DNA of 63,273 nt, the filler included, from Choristocarpus tenellus KU-1152 (taxonomy: Eukaryota > Protista > Phaeophyceae): the NCBI GenBank assembly GCA_964200185.2. It is 12 parts of 12 records of this genome, joined end to end, with 100 filler letters (N's around TTAATTAATTAA, not from the genome) between each part and the next. Parts side by side here need not be neighbours in the genome. Positions count along the whole stretch, not along the records: positions 4,612 to 18,011 come from CAXNAD020001506.1; positions 18,112 to 21,091 come from CAXNAD020023197.1; positions 21,192 to 23,788 come from CAXNAD020026418.1; positions 23,889 to 26,951 come from CAXNAD020022593.1; 8 more parts are not named here. The stretch is one strand, 5' to 3'. Position numbers and translations under genes: made by a program. Every line of letters begins with the position of its first letter. Position 1 is the stretch's first letter. This document shows, piece after piece, positions 12,124 to 24,189 of the stretch. Under the pieces are notes generated by a model, which saw only the letters and a program-made list of their open reading frames with translations, searched no databases and was not told the DNA's origin.

Positions 12124-14573
12124 ATGGTCCAGTCGGAAGCCGTTCGCATGTCGAATGGAGAGGAGAGTCGTGCTCAAACCGACTTGGGTGTGGCTGCCAG
12201 TTCTCCAACCCTGATGGATGGGGAAAAGACCACAAACAAGGATGACAGCAGCACGAAGAAAAAGAAAAAGAAAAAGACACCGGAAGAAGAAGACGATACT
12301 CCTGGATCGGACGTGAAGAAGGTGGTAAGTATGCTGCGATAGACTTTCAGGGCAACACTGCCTTTCAACCCTATCTTGCACCCAGTGGTGTTCCCTTGCG
12401 TAGTGTCTGGGGTGAAGAAGGGTTTCGTATACCTCGCTAATCGTAGCCAGCACCTAGTGATATGATGAGCAGTCGAGGTAGGAATACAATTTCTGTGGTG
12501 CAAGATGGATTTGTTATGAGACGATGTAAGTCCTTTCCAACTAGCACTGATACCCGCCTGAAGTTGTCGCGGTTTTGGGCATGGAAAGTCAGTGGTACAC
12601 TCAAATTTTAGCGGTTGTCCTGGAAAGAAAAGACCTTGTCTATGTTTTTCGACGGTACTAAAGTATTTTTCTAACCCCCCAAACGCTGTTGATGGCTGCA
12701 GCTAATTTCGAAGTTTTTTCACAACTTCTCTTTCTATCGCCCACTCCTCGTTCCATATTCCAGAAGAAAGGCAAGAAAGAAAGGAAGGGCAAGGAAGGCA
12801 TGCTCAAGAAGCGTGGCAGAGATGAAGAGAGCGACCAGGATCAGTCAGAACCAGATGCTGACCAGAGCACGGAGGAGGCGCTTGCAGCAATGGAGGCGAC
12901 GAAGGTCGATGGGAATAGGATGGCCAAGACTCACAAGGATGAGACCGTCCCCACAAAGCGGCCCCGCACGAGGTCAATGGACGCAGCAGAATCCGTAGCA
13001 GAGAGTCAGGTTAGGTAGGGGTGAAAGCAAGGGTGGTGGCCAATGACCTATGTGTGAACTCCTTGCCCAGTTGCATGATATGAATACTGCGATATTGATG
13101 TGGGATAATGGTCTTAGCGCATTAACCCAGGGGTAGGCTGTTGGTTCCATAACCACTCAACCAAGGGCTATACAGACCAGAGGATTAGGCGTTCTACCTG
13201 TCACTAGTGTATCCCAATGGGTGGCAATAGGTATGATGCCCTGTTCTGGAGTTCTTGTTTGTATATGCTTCGTGCCGACACAATTGTAGTGGTAGTGGTG
13301 GAGGAGCTGTGTCTGGTCAAACATTTGGGCTTATTTTCCACCTACGTAAATGCATGCATGCACTAGATGACCAACGGTTTCATTGTGAAGAATCTTTACA
13401 GAACATACATTGCCTTCTCATTACTGTGCCATTACTTGTTGTTCTGTACCCTTGCAGGTGGTAGGTGCTCCTGTAGATCACCCCAGCATTGACACGTTTG
13501 ACATCAGTGAGACCACTAAAGGTCACCTGCGTGCCCGGGGAATTGGTTCCCTCTTTCCCATTCAGGTTTGAGTATTGAAATTTTCCAAGGCAGAATTAGT
13601 GAGATTTTTGTGGATGTTCCATAGGGGGCAGGAGATGACCATTTGGCTGCGGAAAGAAAGTAGACCCTATTTCAGTGAAGATGAAACTTCTGGCGTGCTT
13701 TGGCAGCAGTACTTGAAATACAGAAGCAAGCAAAGTCTAGCAAGTGAGAGTGCTGCTTCCACTAATTATGTGTATTATTGTGTGGTAGATGTCCTAAGTC
13801 ATTCTTTTTCCAGTTTGACAGCTCTCTTCAATACAAAGTTTTTTTACCCTACCCCCTGGCCCCCGGCTGTGCCCCCACAATGCCCCATCATCTCTCCTGG
13901 TGCCTCGATTATTTGCAATGTTTGGACTGTTGCTCCAGGCCTTGACGTTTGAGCACGTGATGGAGGGTAAAGATCTCATTGGTAGGGCAAGAACGGGCAT
14001 GGGCAAAACGCTGGCCTTTGCAGTGCCGGTGATAGAGCAACTGCTCAAGTTCAAGGGAACCCTGAAGCCTGGCCGTCCTCCCCGAGTCCTTGTTATGGCC
14101 CCCACAAGGGAGCTGGCCAAGCAGGTTGGTAGTGCTGAGCATATTGGCGTGAATGCATGTGTTATTATTTTTCGTGTTCTGATGGAACTAATGCTGCAAG
14201 GAAAGTTAGTTTGGACAGGACCTGTCAAGGACTGCCAGTGCCGTAAACCCAGCTGAATGAGTAGGACTGCAATAGCGCCACAGGAGGCGTGCATGTTGTT
14301 GCTGGCTCTTTTTTATCTCCTGTCCATTGGAAAGAGCGGATTGAGTGTTGACTGTATTTATTGCCCATTATTAGTGCTTCCAAGTATGTGAGGTTGAATA
14401 CTGTGGAGATCGGGGCCGCTGCTGCGACCATACCAACCAGTGCCCTCTCAGGGATCAATACATTATAGTACAATACAAGGTTACGCCTGTGAAGTGTGCG
14501 TGTATATTGAACATTAAGAAAAAACACAGGTTGTGCAGCATAGAAGCATTTTTCATTAACCAATATATATATA

Positions 14574-14612
<39 letters not shown>

Positions 14613-15688
14613 TTTTTCAGTACATGAGTAGGGAGGAAATATCTAGAGTGTGCTACTGATATTTCAATTGAACCTCCCCTCCCTTGCACTGGTTGTGGAC
14701 CACACAGGTGGCTACAGACTTTGAAATGACTGCACCGTCGCTGAGGACCACCTGCATCTATGGTGGGGCACCCTACCGGCCACAGGCATGTCACGAACCT
14801 CGTTGTGATAGAAGTGGAGTGTTCTTAGGCTAGGTGTGAGCTGAGGGTAGGGATTTTTTCAATTCTGATGAGTCTTGGAGTATTTTTTTTTTCGAGTGGA
14901 GTGATGAGGGTGAAGTGTTCTCAGGCTGGGTGTGAGCTGAGGGTTAGGCACTTTCAGTTCTGATGAGTACTGAAGTACATTTTTGGCGAGTGCTTTTTGC
15001 CTTTGAGTGAGTTTCTTGTGTCGTAATGATGATCTCACCTTGTTCCCAACTCTTTTCAAGATAAAATGTGTAAATACTTTTTTTTTAATAGTGTGCATAC
15101 ATTACATGACCTGCATCTGTTTTTTGTGTGGTTTATGTTTTCTGTTCCCTCACCCCCCCCTCCCCCCGCTTGAATTCTGACTCGGTCATTGGTTGTACGA
15201 CCTCTGATAGTATACGTCTCAGTACCGATCTCTTAGTTGATTTGATTTGTGGATCGTATTCTTTAGCAAAAACAGAAGACTTTTTAACTGCAGTACATCT
15301 ATACACGTGTGTGTGTGTGTGTAGGCGGATGATATGGGAAGGTTTTACTCGATGTAAGTGGATTTTGTCCATGCATTGACAGTAGATTTTCCTCGTGCAA
15401 ACTCTCCGAGTGCTTTACGAATATTGAAATTCCGTTCAGAACCAGACATGCTTTTTTTTTTTCTAATTAAACCAAACGCCTTCGCCTTCTGTGTGGGGAT
15501 GCCCCGCCCCCACACCCGAAATAAGGTACTCCTGTGTACACCTGCGTATGTATGTCACGTGGAAACGCAGAGAACTATTTTTTTCTTGTTTCATTTTTTT
15601 TTTTTTGTAACTTCCACTAGTACACTCTCTCGCACAAGACAAGACGCTTGTCGGTTGACGTGTGTTCTCACAACTTTTGTATAATGGC

Positions 15689-15724
<36 letters not shown>

Positions 15725-17880
15725 TTTTCTGTGCATCTTGTTGCGTGTGTCTCAGGAGGATGCCTTCCGGCGGGGATTGGACATCGTGGTAGGCACGCCT
15801 GGACGTCTGCTGGACCATGTGGACAGGGGCAACCTGATCCTGAGTGAGACGGCATTTCTGATCTTGGATGAGGCCGACCAGATGCTGGATATGGGCTTCA
15901 AGGAGGAGATGGAAAAGGTACCAACTGGTGCGGTCGGTGAATAGAATTCACGCCTCGAACATGTTTATAAAACCTAGAAAGATCCGCGTGCGGCGTCTAT
16001 GGCATCGGAGGAGGGTGCTATTATTGTCTTTTGATTTCTTTTTTTTGGTGGGGAGTATAGGAGTTCCCTTCAAATTTTCAAATTTTCTCCTATAATTTTT
16101 TTTTTACAAGTGGTGGAGAGAGTAAGTACACTTTCTTCTTTTTTTTCAATGCTTGCCCAATGTTCTTGGAAAGGACCTTCAATGGGTGTTGTGGTCGTAC
16201 AACTCCTGTACGAGTTAGAGTTGTCTTCCTCCCTCTCCCTCCCTTTCCCCCCCCCCCCTCTTATCTCTCTCTCTAGTTGTTGAGATCAAATAGGATGGGT
16301 GAACCGGACATGGTAGCGCAGCAGTCCGTCTATCTACATGGGGTATCTAGATCACTGTGAAAGGAATGAGCTTTTGCTTGTTATTTTTTCTTGAGATGTC
16401 AAATCTAATGTTGCTGACTGTATCCTTAGTGCTCCCCCTTCTTTTTTTTTTTTTAGTGATGTTGGTATTGACCAATGCTCTCGAACCGGAGCCTGTGTGT
16501 TTTTTCTGCCTGTCTGTCCTTTTGTCTCTCTTTTTTTTTTTTACAATAAGAATAATATATATATATATAAATTTTCCTTTTTCTTTGTGGTTTTACCTTT
16601 TCCATTACAAATCGTTTTTTTTAAATATATATTCTTGTGGAAACTGAAATAAAAAATCAACAATTGTAAAAAAAAAATGAAATAGGTGTTTGAGGCATGC
16701 CGAGGAGGAGGTGAAGAGGGGGGGAGACAGGTGTTGCTCTTCAGCGCCACCATGCCTCCGTGGGTGGACAAGGTCTGTACACTGATGGTTGTACAACACT
16801 ACTCCATTTGAGGCTAAAACGCAGGGATTTGAGGATAGCAAGAATTCTGTTGTGAATCTTTTGATGTTGTTATTAGTCAGTCATGGCAAAGGACAAGCAA
16901 TTTGAAACGTTTCTCTGTTGGTTGTTCTATGTGTGTGTGTGTGTGTTGTGTGTGTGCAGTCAATGTAGCATATATAATATTTTTGTGTGCCTTCACTCTT
17001 CTCAAAGGGTCACTCTTAGGGTTAGGGTTATGTTCATAGGAACTTTACAATTTTCGAAATGAGAGAAGTAGAGTATCGTGTGAGAAGGTCCCTCTTTGAC
17101 AAGGGGAAGGATGAAGTTCACAAGCCCTTGTTAATTTTTTTCTTCATTCTATGTTCATTCTATTCTACTGTATAACACGATCTATATTCCCCCTCTTGCA
17201 CCCGACCTCCCTCCCCTCGCCCTTTGTAATATGCATGGATACATAAATAACGCCTGTGATTGATATTTGATTGTACCTATAGCTTCCACTGCCATGTTGA
17301 CTCTTTTGTGGTGTGTTTGTGTAGTTCAATCAGATGCTGTTGTGAAAGAAAAAGAAAGGGCTTGCAAAAAGTGAAGATATATACTGTTGCTTCTGATGAG
17401 TGCTTGAATGCATATAGTATCGACACTGCTTTGAAAGAGACAAGTGCCTGAAATGGCCTTTGTACTTTCTCCTCTCCCTCACTCTTACTGTGATGTTAAA
17501 ACTGCAGTATTGTTATTTTATCTCATGCACTGTACTGGTGTCGTTATTATCTTTTGTGTGTGTGTGTGTATTTTGTTACTTTATTTTTCTTTTTATCTTG
17601 TTTTTTTTATCAAGCTTTCATTGTGTTCTTTTCATTGGACCAACCTTTTGACCATGATTAATAGTATTTTTATAATAATAATAATAATAGTATTAATAAT
17701 GTACTGAGTGTTTTGTTATTGTTGTTGTCGGATGTGGGGTGGGGTGGTGTGGTTTGAGCAATGATAGGTGGCAAGGGAGTGCATGCGCTCGGATCGCATT
17801 TTCATTGATCTGGTAGGGGAGGGCTCTGCCAAGGCATCCAAGGATGTGAAGCACATAGGCATTCCATGTCATTGGACAAG
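12124..17880 (+). CDS. DDX21: DEAD-box RNA helicase, DDX21/DDX50/plant RH7 family, 3' partial: exons 12124-12324, 12764-13009, 13458-13565, 13939-14124, 14708-14785, 15756-15917, 16686-16772, 17768-17880
   Basis: Lys-rich N-terminus; Q motif LFPIQ; motif [11 protein letters not shown]; Ia PTRELAKQ; YGG; Ib GTPGR; [13 protein letters not shown]; [13 protein letters not shown]. All exons are phase-compatible. Confidence 0.93.
14810..14995 (+). repeat. Imperfect tandem duplication of about 95 bp in DDX21 intron 5
   Basis: agtgttct.aggct.ggtgtgagctgagggt...ttca.ttctgatgagt occurs twice. Confidence 0.85.
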
Positions 17881-18111
17881 GTGAGCCTTAACGTACTCTT
17901 GAGCATCATCACTTGACTCACAGTCGTGGGGGGAAGTGGGGGGGGGGGGGGGGGGGGTGGGTGGAGGAGAAGGTGGGGGGGCGGCTGGGGCAGCGGAGGG
18001 GGGGGGGGGGGNNNNNNNNNNNNNNNNNNNNNNNNNNNNNNNNNNNNNNNNNNNNTTAATTAATTAANNNNNNNNNNNNNNNNNNNNNNNNNNNNNNNNN
18101 NNNNNNNNNNN

Positions 18112-18131
18112 CCCTCCAGATACTTTGACCC
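18112..18131. mobile_element. MITE family A terminus at contig start
   Basis: CCCTCCAGATACTTTGACCC TIR. Confidence 0.7.
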
Positions 18132-18246
18132 TTCTGTGTTGTACCTCTTGCGGCCCTGCACTATCCTTAGCTCCAATCATACCTTTAATGCACTTCTGGA
18201 ATCGCTGTCCCTGACCTTGTGGTTGAATTTTTTTTTTTGGTGACAG

Positions 18247-18401
18247 TTACCTGAGATGGAGGCTGAGAAACCCGCAAGCCATACAACTGCCAAACCCTCC
18301 AGTGGTGGCAGCAGCAACAATGGCATTGCAGGCACTGGGTCAAGGTGATTTTTCCTTCCTAAATGGCGTAAATTTTGTCAAGCACATTAGAAAGAACAAC
18401 T

Positions 18402-18444
<43 letters not shown>

Positions 18445-21091
18445 ACCCCCAACTTTCCTTTTTTCCTTTCTTTTCTTTTTTCTTTCTCTCCCTCTCCTTC
18501 TCTTTTTTTTTTNNNNNNNNNNCCCCCACACACACACACACACACACACAAACAGGTTTTGTGCCTGATCTGAACAGTCTTGTACACTTGCAGTACCTCT
18601 GCTCAACTTTTTGTAAAATTCTATTTTGTCTATTTTTTGGAGCATTTTTTCTGTTAATATTTTTGTTTTTGTCTCCTTTTTGTGCTCATATATAAATGTA
18701 TACATTGAAATTTTTCATATCACCTGTTCCTGCAGTCGTGGTACTCCCACAGGGGCATCTGCTGCACAAACACAAGAAAAGCAAACTGAGAAGGGACGCG
18801 GGGGCGGGGGCAGGAGCAGCGGTGGCAGTGGTGGATCAAGCACTGCTGTGATTGGTGGGAACTCTAGTGGAGCTGAGCGCAGGAAGGACACTAACGACAA
18901 AGAGAGGACTGAGGATGGGCATGGAGTCAAGGATATGACTGCAGGTTCAAGGTCAGGGGGAAGGGAACCTGGACGCAGGGCGCGGGGTGCTGAGAGCACA
19001 ACAGGAGGCAAGGGGAATGGAGGAGGTGGAGCTGTTGGCAGTGGAAGTAGTGACCGCAGGAGGGATAGTGTGGAGGGTGGTGTGAGTGGAAGAGGTGCTG
19101 GTGAGGAGGTGAAGTCTGTCTCTGGGAACACTGGTGAGTTCAAGAGGGACTCTGCTGCGGAAAGGGGTGGATCTGAGGGTGTGTCAAGTGGTAGGGATAC
19201 TGGAGTGAATTCTTCTGGATCGAGGCTGGGGGACGGAGGAGGAGTCAGGGAGGGTGGGCGGGCTGAAGGGGCCCAGGAGAAGGGGCAGGAGGGAGGGGCA
19301 GGAGGGAGGGGAAATGGTACTGATGCCAGGGTGGGGGTATCGGGCAGGGGCAGGAGTGGTGGGGGCACAGGTGAAGTTGGTGCCAGGGGTGGGAGTGGGG
19401 GAGGTGGTAGAAATGAAGGTAGCAATGGGCAAGGGACCAAACTTTCGGCCAAGGCCCCAGTGTTTACTCCCGAAGGTAGAGTTAATAGAGGGGAACCTGA
19501 GGGTAGAAGTGCCCGTGAACCTGAGAGCAGAGCTGCCAGGGATTCTGAGGGGAGCGGATTGGATTATTCTCATGGACAGGGTCGTCATCAGGTGGGGCGC
19601 TCAAGCATTGGGGATGATGGAAAGGGACGGCTACAGGAGATCCCAAGTTCATCTTCCCACAGGGATGTGAGGGGGGCACATGGGTCTGGATCTGGAGAAG
19701 CTAGTGCGTCGGGATCTGGAACTAAAGGAGATCATAGCCAGGAGACAAGGGCTTCCAGCAGAGGGAAGAGAGAACGGGATGCGATGCCGTCTTCTATGTC
19801 GGATGTAGGAGGTCGGAACGTTAAGAGTGTTCGCCTAGATGGGTCAAGAGAGCATGGGCGGGGTGGGGGGGTGATGGGGACAGCCTTGGCGACTGGAGAG
19901 GGTGTGGCTTCGACAGCGTCATCCTTGCCCCGAGCTGTGGGGGAGGGGGGTGGGAGGGGTTCATTTTCGTCAGGTGCTCTGTCCGCACATTCTAGGGAAC
20001 GAGATTCTATGCCACAGGTGTGTGGAGCTTTTCTGTGTGCATGTAGCAGGCAAATGGGATATTTTGGTGGGGGAGGGGGGGCTGTGGCGGGCTAGTGTAC
20101 TTTCTCCTTGATCTCAAGTGTAGCAAGTTCACTCAACGTACCTGTCAGTGGTGTGGAGGGGAAAATGTGGAATCAAGGTATGTTTTGTGGTTTTAAGGTT
20201 GAACATTGCTTGATATGGTGTGAATGCATATCAGCAGCGACCTCAAATAGAACCAGCATTTCGCATTTACCCAATAAGATGCCTTCATCAATCAACCTCC
20301 CCTTCCTCCACTCAGTAGTCACTCCAAACGTTTCCCACCACTAATCCCTCTCCATAGAGCGTTGACAAAGATGTAAGGAGGATGGATGCACCCAGGAGAC
20401 AAGACGCAGAGACTCGTGCTAAGGTGAGATGGGATTGATGTGGCAAGGATAAAGTTTGTTTTTCATAATGTTTATCAATAGACTTACTGAGGCAAGCTAA
20501 GTTATGTAGTCACTCTGGTTGTGCATGCTGTAGACAAGGGACAGCCATAACAGCTTTTGTTAATGAAGCGATGTTGCTTTGCATCATGAGAGGTAATTGC
20601 ATGGAGTATACTTACATATAAGTGTGAAGGAGGAGAGAATGTAGATACATCTAGACCTGTTGAATGGTTCCCTTCAAATCAGTGGATCCACTTTTTTCTA
20701 TTCACCACAGTAGCAGTTGTGTAGGGCATGAAAACAATGAGTTTGTCCGTTAAAGAGAGGTTTATCCATCTAGTACTACGAACGATTCTGCATTTCCAAT
20801 CCAGGCCTTGGCAGGGAGAGCCTTGGAAAGGACTCGTGAGGGAGACAGCAATAGCCTAAATGCTTCGAACCATGCACCTGGCGGAGTTGGAGGCCTTTCT
20901 CGTCCCACCAAACGCATACGTGATGTTGTTGGGGGCTCCCGTGACTGGGATGCCCACCCCTCTGGTCAGGATCAAGGAATAGATCAGGGAGGGGGGGGGC
21001 GCGACAGGGGTTACAGCACACGTGGTGTTGACGAAGGTCGGGGTGAAAGCAGGTCAGATAGCCGAGGCAGGGGAGGACGGGGGGGGGAAGG
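18247..21091 (+). CDS. Gly/Arg/Ser-rich low-complexity protein (partial) with PAM2-like and RGG motifs: exons 18247-18344, 18736-20017, 20358-20423, 20805->21091
   Basis: 1.28-kb open exon plus three phase-compatible GT-AG exons; contains KLSAKAPVFTP and terminal RGRGGRGG. Confidence 0.8.
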
Positions 21092-21191
21092 NNNNNNNNN
21101 NNNNNNNNNNNNNNNNNNNNNNNNNNNNNNNNNNNTTAATTAATTAANNNNNNNNNNNNNNNNNNNNNNNNNNNNNNNNNNNNNNNNNNNN

Positions 21192-21450
21192 CCGTTACCG
21201 GCTCCCCCCCCGGGGGGCCCATCTGTCCTTGTACCTTCGGCTTGGTCGAAGTCGCTTCCAAATCCTAGCGGTGCCCTCTACAAGCACTGAAATACTTTTG
21301 ACCAAAAATATATCCCATTCGTAGCGAGGCCCTTCAAAAGTGCCGCAACATTTACAAAAAAAACATATGGACACTTTCCGCGCACCATTCCGGATCTCGC
21401 TCATCCTCCATAAAATGCTCCATCCTCAATTTTGGTGATCAGCTGTTTAG
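21192..21450. mobile_element. Dispersed repeat family C, copy 2
   Basis: Homologous to 174-375. Confidence 0.8.
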
Positions 21451-23448
21451 AGCATACTTGTTCTGCTACTTTCTGGAGTAGGCACTAGGCGGTCCGACTG
21501 GAGACCTGTTGTCTTGTAACAGTGTGCAAGACACGATAAGATATGCTGCTGAGAAAAATCTAGGATAGCTTAGTGCAGTAGTACAATAAATTTAGAAATG
21601 AACTTCCGAAGTTTGAAGGTCTCGCTCCTTCTGAGAACATTCTATTGTTCTAATCTTGTGTTCTTTTTCTAGATAGATGATAATAATGACGAGATACCGA
21701 CACCTTTCACCTCTCTAAATGATATTTTTTATATTTTTGTTGAGCCATGCGTTACGTGGTACTGAGTAAATATGACAGCATTTTTTGCTATCTCTCGGTC
21801 TACAAACGCACATGCTATGTTTTCTGCGTGTGTACTTGCTTGCTGCAGGGGTCAAAGATTGGAAGCCAGGTAGGTATGAGTCCAGGTGAGGCAATCACCT
21901 TAGCCCCGACAAAATGTATTTCTTCCAAGTATGGTGAGGTATGGTACGAAAAACTTCTTTTTGTAAGTGTACATCGATATTGTGGTATACAGGGGGACTT
22001 GGGGTAAGTGAGAGATATACTTGAGCTTCAAAGGGATGGGGATAGTTTATTTATGAACTTGCATTTTTTGGGGAACATCTCCACATGAATTTTAAATTGG
22101 GGTATGTGGGTTGGAGTGACGGCTGTTCATGTGGGTCAGGGGTGGGCCATGTCTCGAATTTCCATCGATTTGGTTGCATGAGTTACATGAACATTGCATT
22201 TTGTAGACCCGGTTCTATATACGTTCGTGTCCTCAGGCTGAGGAATCATGGAAAAATGTAGAGTCATCGTTTAGTGTCATTAATTTGATTTTTGAATAAT
22301 GTAATCAATGCCTTGATCGATAAGAATATGGTGAAATCCATTACGAAACGACCTGTTCAGAGACGCACTTTTTTTTTTGGATATACCTAAGTTGCGATCA
22401 TCAAATATTGTGACCGTTCTTGGGATAAACGAGAGATACTCCGGAGCTGCGAAGGGATGGGGATATATGCTTGCTTAAAATGTGCGTAATTATTACGAAC
22501 ATCAGCATGAAATAAGCGCAAGAGTCTTTGCAACGTAGAACCAAGGCGGAAGTGCCCCCTCCTTTGATCGAAAAATTAGGTCAAGTTTTGAATGTGCTTG
22601 TGATTGACAGAGGGTACACAGAGATAGGTTTGTAAAGTAAGCTCCCCAAACGGTGTTACCCTGTGATCACCAAAGCACCTCATAACAATGAAGCGAATAC
22701 ATGACAAGGAGTCTGGTGTACCCCAACATGGTGCGATGAGGACGAAACCCTGTGTGAGACAGTGCATAGTGTTTAAGGCTATCGATCTCGCTTTGCATCA
22801 GAGGAAGAATGGTTATTGAGGTGTCAAGGTGTTATCCCCTTGTATATTAGTGTTGTGTTTGTCAGTAGGTGCGTGCTGTGATCGCCCTGGTAGATACCTA
22901 AATACAAATGTGAATCCAAATATTCAACCAAACCTGGTGTTTTTCAGAAAAGGATATTCAACTTGACCAATCGGACTGGTTCACAGCAGGGAGACCGTTT
23001 CTATCAATTATGCTTGTAGTTAGGCGCAGACTGACAGTTCTAACCCCAGAATCTATAACACTAGGTTCAGACCGTGCGAACTAGGTCGCCGGACACAGTG
23101 TGAAAGGAACAGGAATTCGTAAGTTTGTGACAAATACACCACCCTTACTTCAAGTTTGAACTGAAATAAAAAAACAACTACTTTAGCTGGTGAGCATGTG
23201 TGAAGTCGCACCTCCCCTCCTTCCACCAACCTATAAGCTTTGGGTAAGTCTCTGTCAACACATGCCAAATATCTAGGTACGAGGAATACTTGTCATTCCA
23301 CACTTCTGCTTAAACGCAACTGAGGAACACAGCTTTCTTTGCAGCGACACGCAGCGTCCTGTAGGTATTTCCTCCGCCATCACGCAAGCCTTCGAGGATT
23401 CCTTCGTAGATGTAGCAGTGGTCGTCCAGGACAAGGAGGTTAGCAGCT

Positions 23449-23700
23449 TTACCAGTCCACATCAATCTTAAAGCCATGGCCATGCATAACTTGCTGAAGG
23501 ACACAGGTTTGCACACGATAGTATGTTGATATAGATCGGTTTGCTGAGCGGATGAGGTCCTCTGCACAAGCGTCGAGGAACTTATCTTTCATTCCGATGT
23601 TCAACTTGCCATCGGAGTCAATAGGTTGTCGACTGGCAAGGGGGCCATCACCGGATATGAGCCGGTCATCATCACTATCCGCAAATCCTGCAGCACTTCC
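23449..23700 (-). CDS. Possible terminal exon of an unknown protein
   Basis: Open frame of about 83 codons (GSAAGFADSDDDRLISGDG...KDKFLDACAEDLIRSANR...HGFKIDVDW*) with protein-like composition; no family recognised. Confidence 0.35.
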   Translation of the reverse strand, partial: GSAAGFADSDDDRLISGDGPLASRQPIDSDGKLNIGMKDKFLDACAEDLIRSANRSISTYYRVQTCVLQQVMHGHGFKIDVDW

Positions 23701-23715
23701 ACTTATGTGGACACC

Positions 23716-23788
23716 GAGTGAAAGTATCTTAGAGGGTACGAGTTTTGCCCTGTTTGTCCATTTGGGGCTTGGCTTCCCTCGGGTTTTT
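23716..23788 (-). mobile_element. MITE family B fragment truncated by contig end
   Basis: GAGTGAAAGTATCTTAGAGGGTACGAG...GTCCATTTGGGG. Confidence 0.9.
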
Positions 23789-24189
23789 NNNNNNNNNNNN
23801 NNNNNNNNNNNNNNNNNNNNNNNNNNNNNNNNTTAATTAATTAANNNNNNNNNNNNNNNNNNNNNNNNNNNNNNNNNNNNNNNNNNNNCAGTGGTTTCCC
23901 GCGGCACAAGGCATGGCTTCCACTTTATTCCCCTACCAGCAACGTACTGTACTTTTTTCTTTTTGTTTTATTATGCCCTCTGACATTTTGCAGATGTGTC
24001 TGTACTTTTGTATGGTAGCATCATGACTCAGGAAGAAAGGCACTTTTCGCGAGAAATTTTTACGCGCGCGCCAAACTCACGTGAATATCTCTGGTATTTT
24101 GTGCCAAATCGCCCGAATACGAGAATTCCGGCACAAAAGTCTATTTTTTTTAGCATGTCGAAAAAAGAGGTACAAAATTGAATATTTTT

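Noticed and set aside
17017-17030. Telomere (TTAGGG tracts here and at about 36430 and 39495)
   Set aside because: Only about 2 units each and internal; not chromosome ends.
18715-19452. 245-aa Pro-rich minus-strand ORF (similarly 40436-41044, 34373-34870, 35775-36239)
   Set aside because: These are antisense shadows of GC-rich real exons.
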